Positions 56,156 to 64,000 of a stretch of DNA of 64,000 nt are shown piece by piece. The stretch covers positions 128,001-192,000 of the forward strand of contig JABIAG010000003.1 in the NCBI GenBank assembly GCA_018653365.1, written 5' to 3'. A program made the translations under genes and the position numbers. Position 1 is the stretch's first letter, and every line of letters begins with the position of its first letter. The stretch is from Candidatus Woesearchaeota archaeon (GTDB taxonomy: Archaea; Nanobdellota; Nanobdellia; Woesearchaeales; JABIAG01). The notes under the pieces were generated by a model. The model made no database searches, was not told where the DNA came from, and saw only the letters and a list, made by a program, of their open reading frames with translations.

Positions 56156-58153
56156 ATGAAAAAATTATTACTTTCAATTTTAATGTTGGTGCTTGTTTCT
56201 AGTTTTGTTTCTGCTTATGCGGATATTACGTTTAATTTTGATCAGTCTGATGTTGGGGCAGTAGTATATGATTGTCTTGATGCTAGTTGTTCTAGTGTAA
56301 CTGAATTTTCTGGAGCTTATGATCAAGTAACAGATAATGGTGAGATCAGAGTTTTATTTCCATCAACTCTAAAACACGAAGGTTATGCATTATATTTTTA
56401 TTCTGAAGACTTTGTACCAAAAGCTTACAAATCTACTTTTAATACAGGGGGAGATACCAACGCTCACACTTCTGAAATGGACATTCCTGCTTTTATTCAA
56501 CTTGAAGACTGTCAAGCAGTTGTTGATAAACCCGTTATATTAAATGCTGTTTACGAAAATGAACCTTTACAGATTAATACGAGAGCGAGTTTAGCTGCAA
56601 CAACCTCTTCTGCTTTTAAGAGCGTTAATAATGGGGTTGATTATGTTCCTGAACAACTTAGAGGAGAATTTTATTCATCTGATATTCAAGTTACTTTAGA
56701 AGTATTTTCTGAATCGAATGAGTTAGTTAAAAAAGAGGTTAGAAACTTAAATCTTTATTTGGATGAACAAAGAGAACTTAATTTTGAGTGGACTCCAATA
56801 ACTGAAGGAGACTACTTTGTTAGAATTACCTCAAAAGTAACTGATTCCCAATGTTCTTCTGATGTGGAAGCGTATGCTCGTAAGGATTTTTCAGTTTTAC
56901 CTGGAAGACCTACTGACGAATATTATACTTTAATTAATGGTCTTGATGTTGATAATTCCTTTCCAAAAGAAAATTCTGAATTGACGTTCACATTTTCAAA
57001 GATAAGTAATTACGCAGATTCTGCACACAGACTTTTTACAGTACCGACTATTATGAACTACTGGGTTTATGATGCAGATCAAAATTTAATTTATACTGAA
57101 CAAACAACTTTGCCGGCTAACGCTAATGTGTTTGATGCTGAAAGTTATTCATTCTCTTGGACTCCGGTTGTAAGCGGGGATTACACTATTGTTGTGGATG
57201 CAAGTGCCCAGGAAACAAAAGGGGATAGGCCAAACCTTGTTGAACGAATTGTTTTAGGTTTTTATGTTGGCGAAGAACCTGTTTATGACATTAATTTTCA
57301 AATCAGAGATAGTGATACTGGTCAAACTATTCCTGGAGTAGTAATTAGAATGAATGGTTTGATGGGGATTACTGATGTTACTGGCACACTATCTTTTGCA
57401 GGGCTTTCTGCAGGTAATTATAATTATCTTGCAAAACACCCAGATTATGAAGATTTTTCTGGAAGTGTAGTTCTTGTTGATATTGGTAAAGATGTTTTCT
57501 TTTTCATGGATCATTTATCTGATCCTGAAGACCCTACTGATCCAACTGATCCAATTTCACAAATTACCTTTTCAAATTCACCACCTACAACTGCTTATGT
57601 GAGAGAACCTTATGAGTTTAATCTTAACGCAGTTAGTGATTTGGGTAATAATGTAATTTTTCAAGTAATAAAAGGACCAAGTAATTTTGAAATCAGTTCA
57701 ACTGGTCAAATAACCTGGCTTCCACTTCCTCAACAGATTGGGGAAAATGAGATCCGAATTTTAGCAGCTGATGGTTCAGGTGTTTCTGAACTTGTTTGGA
57801 ACGTTAATGTTTTAGCTCAAATGCCAGGTACAAGAACCTCAACTGAAAGACTTAATGTTCTGGCAATTAGATTTCCTCTTGGTGATCAAACTAAGGCGGG
57901 CAGAACCATTGCAACATCAGTAGTTCTGGATAGTAATGTGGATCTTGATGATTGTGTGCTTACAGTTTCAATTCCTGAATTAAGCGTTTTCAATAGAGTA
58001 CATTTTGACCTAGATAAAAACGATGTAAGTTCAAAAACAGTTTATTTAGACATTCCTACTTATGCAAAAGCAGACACATATTTGGTTAGAATTAGTGTCG
58101 GGAATGAAGATGTTAAGAGGATAAAGCACATGCCTTTAACAATTATAAACTAA
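56156..58153 (+). CDS. Secreted multi-Ig-domain surface protein
   Basis: Signal peptide; repeated FxWTP modules; carboxypeptidase-regulatory-like and He_PIG-like domains; DPEDPTDPTDP linker. Confidence 0.78.
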   Translation: MKKLLLSILMLVLVSSFVSAYADITFNFDQSDVGAVVYDCLDASCSSVTEFSGAYDQVTDNGEIRVLFPSTLKHEGYALYFYSEDFVPKAYKSTFNTGGDTNAHTSEMDIPAFIQLEDCQAVVDKPVILNAVYENEPLQINTRASLAATTSSAFKSVNNGVDYVPEQLRGEFYSSDIQVTLEVFSESNELVKKEVRNLNLYLDEQRELNFEWTPITEGDYFVRITSKVTDSQCSSDVEAYARKDFSVLPGRPTDEYYTLINGLDVDNSFPKENSELTFTFSKISNYADSAHRLFTVPTIMNYWVYDADQNLIYTEQTTLPANANVFDAESYSFSWTPVVSGDYTIVVDASAQETKGDRPNLVERIVLGFYVGEEPVYDINFQIRDSDTGQTIPGVVIRMNGLMGITDVTGTLSFAGLSAGNYNYLAKHPDYEDFSGSVVLVDIGKDVFFFMDHLSDPEDPTDPTDPISQITFSNSPPTTAYVREPYEFNLNAVSDLGNNVIFQVIKGPSNFEISSTGQITWLPLPQQIGENEIRILAADGSGVSELVWNVNVLAQMPGTRTSTERLNVLAIRFPLGDQTKAGRTIATSVVLDSNVDLDDCVLTVSIPELSVFNRVHFDLDKNDVSSKTVYLDIPTYAKADTYLVRISVGNEDVKRIKHMPLTIIN

Positions 58154-58155
58154 TG

Positions 58156-58178
58156 AGTGGTTAAAGGGTTTAACTACT
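58156..58178 (+). terminator. Inverted repeat (hairpin terminator or operator)
   Basis: AGTGGTTAAA-GGG-TTTAACTACT, 10-bp stem with one G-U pair, directly after a stop codon. Confidence 0.4.
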
Positions 58179-58258
58179 TGTATATACTAAACAACAGAAA
58201 GCTTTAAAAAAGTGCATTAATTACATTTACAAATAATATGTATTTGGGGGTATAACAA

Positions 58259-59518
58259 ATGAAAGGAGTAATGAAATTAGCAGTATTTGTCGTTTGCTTA
58301 ATATCACTTCTTATGGTGAGTGGCTTGGCAAGTGCTCTGCCAGATGTCGATTATGTCAAAATTAATGGTGACGAATTCGAAACTGGCGACACATTAGTTG
58401 TTGAAAAAGGTGAAGAAATTGAAGTTAAGGTCAAACTTCAAGCAGACCAAGATTATACAAATCTTAGGGTCGAAGCCGAAGTTTTAGGCTATGAATATAA
58501 TGATCATGAAGATGATCTGGAAGATGAAACCCATACTTTTGATATGGATGCTGGCGATACAGTATACAAGTCTCTGGAATTAAGTATTCCTGCAAGAGCA
58601 GACAAAGATTATTATGATCTAAGAGTCTCTATTGGTGGACGAACTGGCGCAGCTGTAGAAAAACTTTACAGATTAAATTTAAAGGGCAATAGACATTCTC
58701 TTGAAATTAAAAGAGTTATGTTACACCCAGCTAATTCTGTTGAAGCAGGAAGTTATCTTTTAGTTAACGCTAAAATAATTAACAGAGGAGAAAAAGACGA
58801 AGAAGATGTAAGAGTTACTGCAAGCATTCCTGAATTGGATCTTGAAGATTCTTACTACATAGATGAACTTGAAGAAGATGAATCTAAAACTTCTGAGGAA
58901 CTTTTCCTAAGAATTCCAGCTTGTACAGAACCAGGTGTTTATGAAGTTGTTTTTGAAGCAGAGTATGATGAAGAATACGAATCTGTAACAGAAACTACTG
59001 ACATCGAAGTTGTTGAAAGCGAACTTTGTGGTGCAGACGCTGAGGATGGCGAATCACAATCAACTATCTCTGTTGGTACACAAACTCAACAAATAGTTCG
59101 TGGTAAAGGTGCAACTTATTCCATGACAATCACAAATGATGGAAGATCCGACAAAACATACACTGTTGGTGTTTCTGGAGTTGATGATTGGGGAATTGTT
59201 AGAGTTGATCCTTCAACAACCGTTCTAGTTAAATCTGGACAAACCAAATCTGTTTTCGCTTTTGTAACCGCAGATAAAAAAGCTGACGTTGGTCAAAAAT
59301 CATTCGTTATGACTGTTTCAACAGGCGATGATTCACAACCTATTCAGCTTTATGCTAACCTTGTTAAAGGTGAAAGCGGAGCAAGAAAATGGGCAGAAGT
59401 TGTTCTGATAGCTCTTGTTATCTTGTTAATTGTACTAGGCTTAGTTATTGGCTTTAGTAGAATGAGAAGAAGAGAAGAGATGGAAGACGAAGAACTAACT
59501 GGACAAACATATTATTAA
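58259..59518 (+). CDS. Putative S-layer/surface protein with C-terminal TM anchor
   Basis: Signal peptide, very acidic Ig/CARDB-like domains, TM followed by an acidic tail ending TYY; T-rich terminator after. Confidence 0.72.
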   Translation: MKGVMKLAVFVVCLISLLMVSGLASALPDVDYVKINGDEFETGDTLVVEKGEEIEVKVKLQADQDYTNLRVEAEVLGYEYNDHEDDLEDETHTFDMDAGDTVYKSLELSIPARADKDYYDLRVSIGGRTGAAVEKLYRLNLKGNRHSLEIKRVMLHPANSVEAGSYLLVNAKIINRGEKDEEDVRVTASIPELDLEDSYYIDELEEDESKTSEELFLRIPACTEPGVYEVVFEAEYDEEYESVTETTDIEVVESELCGADAEDGESQSTISVGTQTQQIVRGKGATYSMTITNDGRSDKTYTVGVSGVDDWGIVRVDPSTTVLVKSGQTKSVFAFVTADKKADVGQKSFVMTVSTGDDSQPIQLYANLVKGESGARKWAEVVLIALVILLIVLGLVIGFSRMRRREEMEDEELTGQTYY

Positions 59519-59583
59519 TTTTTTTCTTTTTTTGTTATACCCTTTTTTTTTAATTTAATAAAATCATGAGTGGGGACTAAGCA

Positions 59584-61308
59584 ATGAAAAAACTATTATT
59601 TTTTTTGGCACTTCTATTAATCATTCCTGTTGTATCTGCAGCATCTTGTCCTTGTACTCCAATTGAATACGAGTTTAAAATTACTAATACCTATCCCTCT
59701 CCTGAAACCTTCTCTTTTGAATCAACAGTGCAGAATGGCCAGGTTGTTTTTTCTCCAAGTCAGATCACTTTGGCATCAGGTAAAAGCAAAACTATTCATG
59801 CATCTTTGCTAACGCCTTGTTCTGTTCATGGTAATTATACATTTAATTTTAAAGTAAATGCTGAACAGGCAGAAAAAACTAAAATCTTGCCAGCAAAAGC
59901 AGAAATTTTGTCTTGTTATGACTTTTCCATTAGTGCTAAACAGATTGGAAACGTTTTAGAGTCTCAAACTGTTGCTTATGAAACCTGTGTTGATGAGGAA
60001 TATCAAATTCCCTTAAGAATTTCTAATAATGCTGAGTTTACAAATAAGTTTGATCTTGAAATTGAGGGCAAATATGCCTCTTTAGAGCATGATACTTTAT
60101 TATTAGGTTCAGACACTGGCGCACTGGTTAACATCTCGTTTAACCCTGGAAAAGTGGGTAATTATTCACTATTTTTTGAGGCAGAGTCCCAATTGGGGGA
60201 TGTTGAGAAAAAGATAAGGTTGCCAGTGACGGTTAAAGATTGTTATAGTCTTAAAATTACAGCTCCATCTAAGTTCTGGGTGGGGGAAGAAGACATTCCC
60301 ATTTTATTAGAAAATCAGGGTTCTGAGGAGGTTAATGCGTTATTGAGTGTTGATTCAGAACTTGTTTCTTTGGACAAAACCGCGCTAGTTATTGAAAATT
60401 CAGAGGTTGTTAATTTAGTTATTGAATCTTCTGAACATGTTGGTGTGGAGAAGGTTAATCTCAAGATTTCTTTGGATAATGGAGAAGTACTATCTAAAGA
60501 TATGAAACTGGTTTTTGGTAATCCTTGGGTTTATTCTTATCTTTGGTATTTTGTTGGAGCACTCATTATAATCATTTTAATTGTCTTATTTATTGTTTTA
60601 TCTTCCTTTGGTAAAACTCAAAAAATTGTTGAAAGCATTAAAAGAAAAGCAGGGATTAAACAAACAAAACAAACTGTTTCAAATCAAACTAAAATTGCTA
60701 AAACTCCAAAAGCTCCTAAACCCGAAAATAAGTCATATAAATGCATTATTTCATTAATTGTTTTAATCATTATTCTTGCGTTAATATTCTCTCTTCCAAT
60801 TCCGACTGTTGCGCCAAATCTTGCTGATGAAAATGTTACATTTGGAAGCTTACCTGAGTTAAAATGGAATAATAACAGGTTGTTAAGAGTGGATCTTTCA
60901 GACATTAACGCCTCAAATACCAAACTATTGACTAATGATAAGGTGTTTGTTCGGTCTTTAGGAAAGGTTGCTTATCTTGCTGCTAATAGTAATTGGACAG
61001 GTTCTGATTTTATTGACCTAGTTAAAGACAATAGTACTGAAAATGTTTTATTTGATTTAGATTCTGAAAATCTTAAGGGATTCTTCCCACATGGTGTTAA
61101 TGTTTACAAGACTCTTGGAATTTACGTTTATGATTCTGTTCGAACGCCTATTGGGTTGAGTATTCTTATTTTGGTAGTGCTTCTAATCGCTATTCTCTTA
61201 GTTATCTTTTTACCCTCTAAGGATGTGGGAAAAGATGAATCTAAGGGAAAGGGGAAGTCTAAGATAAAAAAGGCAGATCATAGACTTACTAGAATTGTTG
61301 TTAAATGA
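59584..61308 (+). CDS. Membrane-anchored surface protein with Ig-like repeats
   Basis: Signal peptide, repeated ...CY modules, three TMs, several NxS/T sequons. Confidence 0.7.
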   Translation: MKKLLFFLALLLIIPVVSAASCPCTPIEYEFKITNTYPSPETFSFESTVQNGQVVFSPSQITLASGKSKTIHASLLTPCSVHGNYTFNFKVNAEQAEKTKILPAKAEILSCYDFSISAKQIGNVLESQTVAYETCVDEEYQIPLRISNNAEFTNKFDLEIEGKYASLEHDTLLLGSDTGALVNISFNPGKVGNYSLFFEAESQLGDVEKKIRLPVTVKDCYSLKITAPSKFWVGEEDIPILLENQGSEEVNALLSVDSELVSLDKTALVIENSEVVNLVIESSEHVGVEKVNLKISLDNGEVLSKDMKLVFGNPWVYSYLWYFVGALIIIILIVLFIVLSSFGKTQKIVESIKRKAGIKQTKQTVSNQTKIAKTPKAPKPENKSYKCIISLIVLIIILALIFSLPIPTVAPNLADENVTFGSLPELKWNNNRLLRVDLSDINASNTKLLTNDKVFVRSLGKVAYLAANSNWTGSDFIDLVKDNSTENVLFDLDSENLKGFFPHGVNVYKTLGIYVYDSVRTPIGLSILILVVLLIAILLVIFLPSKDVGKDESKGKGKSKIKKADHRLTRIVVK

Positions 61309-61348
61309 TATTATTATCTTTAAAAATCACTTTTTGTTCTTTCTTGGC

Positions 61349-61852
61349 ATGTTAGCTAAATCAATGGAGTATGGCAGAATCTTACAAAAAGTTACAGACA
61401 GATTGGAAGTGCAAGTAAGTAATGGCGAACGATTTGATCATGGTCCGTTAATTAGGGGGTTTAAACTGAATCGTACTGAAGAACGCATTATTGCTTGTGA
61501 GGCTTCTGGTGCTTATCTTAAACTTTCTGCAGAGTTTGAAGCAGAGCAACAGTTTAGATGCGCGACAATGCCTTATGTTGAAGGTGCATATCGTGGTCTT
61601 GCTTTGTTGGGTGTGACTGTGGGGTTGTTATTGAGTTATGGGCTTAAAGATATTGAGTCTCCAACTGCTGTTCTTACTTATTGTGCAGGGGGCGCTTTTG
61701 GCGCTTCTAGAGATTTTATTGCAAGAAGGGTTACTGCTCAATTAGCTAACATATCTCATAGAAGAAAGGGAGAACTTTTCAATGCGCATTCTTGGCGATT
61801 AGAAACAGGACATTCTTTGATGATGGAGTTTACTGGTGCGGATAGATTATAG
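61349..61852 (+). CDS. Hypothetical membrane protein
   Basis: ATG 61349 about 25 nt after TTTAAAAA; two hydrophobic segments. Confidence 0.55.
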   Translation: MLAKSMEYGRILQKVTDRLEVQVSNGERFDHGPLIRGFKLNRTEERIIACEASGAYLKLSAEFEAEQQFRCATMPYVEGAYRGLALLGVTVGLLLSYGLKDIESPTAVLTYCAGGAFGASRDFIARRVTAQLANISHRRKGELFNAHSWRLETGHSLMMEFTGADRL

Positions 61853-61861
61853 ATGCCTTAA

Positions 61862-63007
61862 TCAAAATAGGTTAATTATTACATACCCAATTCCTGCTAC
61901 AAACACAGTCATAAGTATGATGCTTAACACCCAGTGTATTTTCATTTGGTATTCTGGCTTCCTCTTACCTAATTTTTTAGCCCGGTGGAACATGATTACA
62001 ACCATTCCTCCAACTAACCCACCTGCAATTGCACCCGTAATGCCTAATAATTGTATGAAGTTTGTTACATCGAATACTTGATCTAATAGGAATACAATTA
62101 GGGGAACAGAAATTGTTAACAAGAATGCTTTCTTTTTACTCATTTTGTAATCATATTTGTACATCTCTTTCATTGCCATTCCTAGTGCTAAGAATGAGGT
62201 GCCCATTGCAGCTATTGCAAATAAATTTACTATGATTCCTATTGGGCCATTAACGAATACATTCAAAGCAGAAGAAGCGATTCTTTCATCTGCACCTAAT
62301 GAGTTAAACCCGGTTATTCCAACAACACCTACAGTCATTAATGCAAATAGTACATAGATTAGTATGGGGATTGCACTTCCCCAAATGATTGCTTTCTTAA
62401 CACTTTTTTTATGTTTAGTTAGTTGTTCTTTTAGTAATGGGATGGAAGTTAAGCCAAGATATGCGAATAGAATCATTCCATAGGGTAAAAATAGATTTCC
62501 ACTACCTGCCCCCAAGTTCTGTAGTTTAACAAACGGAATTGCCATCAGTGCAACAATTATTACTGCTAGTGTTAGTACAACTACTAATATTAATTCGGTT
62601 TTTCCAACGCTTTTCAATCCACGATGTAATAAGTAACTTCCAATAACAAAGAATGCCAGGCTCCATAAGAATGGGTTCCCTCCAAATAGTGAGGCTAGTG
62701 AAGTTCCCTCGCCCATCGTGTACGCAATTAATGCACCATATATTTCTATCATCATTGCGATCATTAGAATTACTTTACCTTTCTTACCAACATATTTTTC
62801 TGCATAACCTGTTAGTTGATGATTTCCTTTTGTTCTTAGTGCTACCTCTCCCACGTAAAGGTTTAATACTAATAATAATAATCCAATTCCAACCAGGTCT
62901 ATAATGCCTGCAACAATTCCTGCCTTTGCAATAACATAGGGTATTCCAAGAACTCCTGCTCCAACAATGGTACCAATTAGTGTTGCTATTGCAATACTTT
63001 CTTTCAT
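61862..63007 (-). CDS. Aromatic amino acid permease (TyrP/Mtr-like, APC fold)
   Basis: GTIVGAGVLGIPY, YGALIAY, LPYGMILFAY, TSFLALG; about 11 TMs. Confidence 0.88.
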   Translation of the reverse strand: MKESIAIATLIGTIVGAGVLGIPYVIAKAGIVAGIIDLVGIGLLLLVLNLYVGEVALRTKGNHQLTGYAEKYVGKKGKVILMIAMMIEIYGALIAYTMGEGTSLASLFGGNPFLWSLAFFVIGSYLLHRGLKSVGKTELILVVVLTLAVIIVALMAIPFVKLQNLGAGSGNLFLPYGMILFAYLGLTSIPLLKEQLTKHKKSVKKAIIWGSAIPILIYVLFALMTVGVVGITGFNSLGADERIASSALNVFVNGPIGIIVNLFAIAAMGTSFLALGMAMKEMYKYDYKMSKKKAFLLTISVPLIVFLLDQVFDVTNFIQLLGITGAIAGGLVGGMVVIMFHRAKKLGKRKPEYQMKIHWVLSIILMTVFVAGIGYVIINLF

Positions 63008-63038
63008 GACTTATTCTTGTGCTAACTCATATAAAAAC

Positions 63039-63641
63039 TTATCTTCTGAACTTGTGGTACATTGCTTCTGCCAGATCTAACAAGGGAGTCACACTTCTCG
63101 CTTTGATTTCAAGTCCATGTATTGGTAGATAATGTTCTAGTCTTATGTGTTGGATTGCACATCCAAACTCTTTGCAGTATTCAAAGAATGCTTTTGCTGC
63201 TTTTGTTGTTGTGTAAAATGCAACTCCTGGTGCTGCCTTGTTTCTGGTGTGACCTCTACAACTATTCATTGGAGCGCCGCCCATTGCTGATGTGAGTGCA
63301 GTTAGTGCTGAAACCCCCACATCAAAATGTAATATTTCGTGAATGTCCCCTAGGTCTCTTATTTTTCCTTCAACTCCTGAACAGAACTCCTCAAATTCTT
63401 GTGCATTTTTTGATTGCGTGTCGGCTTTTTCTAATAAGTAACGTTCTATTGTTATTTGGCGTGCAACATTTTCCCAGTCTAACCATCTATAATCTTCATA
63501 TTGGTGGTTGCTAGCGAGAAATCGGGTGTCAATTCCTTGATCATCTTCCTCTTCACTAAACCCAAGAACCTCTTCTCCAGGCATACCTATCCATCGAGTA
63601 CTTACTCTTTGATGCATTTCAACATCATACTCGGGAATCAT
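63039..63641 (-). CDS. Hypothetical protein
   Basis: 200-aa acidic ORF; NSCRGH motif. Confidence 0.6.
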   Translation of the reverse strand: MIPEYDVEMHQRVSTRWIGMPGEEVLGFSEEEDDQGIDTRFLASNHQYEDYRWLDWENVARQITIERYLLEKADTQSKNAQEFEEFCSGVEGKIRDLGDIHEILHFDVGVSALTALTSAMGGAPMNSCRGHTRNKAAPGVAFYTTTKAAKAFFEYCKEFGCAIQHIRLEHYLPIHGLEIKARSVTPLLDLAEAMYHKFRR

Positions 63642-63683
63642 GCTTCTGCTAATGCATTCTAATTTAAGAAGATTATTGAGAAA

Positions 63684-63799
63684 TGGTGGGGACGCCAGGA
63701 TTCGAACCCGGATCCATAGGTTTCTTCAGAGTCATTGGCTTTCGCCTCATTTTTCCATTACTGGAGCCCATTATTCTAGCCAGATTATACTACGTCCCC
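63684..63799 (-). tRNA. trnW: tRNA-Trp(CCA) with a 39-nt intron at position 37/38 (63722-63760) and encoded 3' CCA
   Basis: GGGGACG/CGTCCCC acceptor stem, ATGGG-CTCCAG^A-CCTAT anticodon arm, GGTTCGAATCC T arm; TATA TTTATAAA at 63825-63832. Confidence 0.95.
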
Positions 63800-63837
63800 A
63801 TTAAGCTGAAAGAACCCAAGTCATTTTATAAATATTT

Positions 63838-63999
63838 CTACCACTCTACATAATCGCCCTTTTTTAGGGGTATGTCAAACGGAGTTTCAACAATATATTT
63901 TGCTTTTTGTTTTGGGGCGTAAAACATAAATGGTTTTAACCCCTGTTTAATCTCGATTATTCTTTTATCTTTGTCTAAAAAGTATACATCTAATGGGAA
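63838..63999 (-). CDS. DUF192-family protein, C-terminal part (starts beyond the window)
   Basis: My translation: FPLDVYFLDKDKRIIEIKQGLKPFMFYAPKQKAKYIVETPFDIPLKKGDYVEW*. Confidence 0.75.
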   Translation of the reverse strand, partial: FPLDVYFLDKDKRIIEIKQGLKPFMFYAPKQKAKYIVETPFDIPLKKGDYVEW

Positions 64000-64000
64000 G

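Noticed and set aside
63684-63720. tRNA 3' end as the attachment site of an integrated element
   Set aside because: No duplicated tRNA 3' fragment and no integrase seen in the window
1-64000. CRISPR arrays, IS elements, prophage or anti-phage defence systems
   Set aside because: No regularly spaced repeats and no transposase, integrase, capsid or nuclease-type genes recognised by eye

Overview
AT-rich, very compact archaeal chromosome segment, most consistent with a DPANN archaeon of the Woesearchaeota type. Evidence: ABCE1/RLI, aMBF1, archaeal Rqc2, AglB, an intron-containing tRNA-Trp, a stand-alone 5S rRNA, BRE-TATA promoters about 25 nt upstream of start codons, and a Woesearchaeota-style surface protein ending in YY. 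About 42 kb (roughly 13.0-55.2 kb) is a surface-glycosylation region running up to aglB and a geranylgeranyl reductase family gene. It holds GT2, GT4, GT9 and GT-C glycosyltransferases, GtrA and Wzx flippases, five class I methyltransferases, two B12 radical SAM enzymes, and a deacetylase/FemAB pair. Two unusual modules are embedded in it. (1) A cytidylyltransferase-phnD-phnC-phnE-NTP transferase unit with no phosphonate synthesis or degradation genes in the window, suggesting import and nucleotide activation of a phosphonate or phosphate ester for glycan decoration. (2) An operon led by an HTH-pyruvate kinase fusion (pyk-sat-HAD-cysC). It has a 13-bp direct repeat between its TATA box and start codon, and is flanked by three CDP-alcohol phosphotransferases, two of which carry His in place of the catalytic Asp. 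No classical sulfotransferase is present in the window. The flanks hold translation quality-control genes, Cys-rich microproteins (one missed by the ORF track), surface proteins and orphans. I saw no CRISPR array, transposase or integrase. All functional calls come from reading motifs by eye, without database searches.
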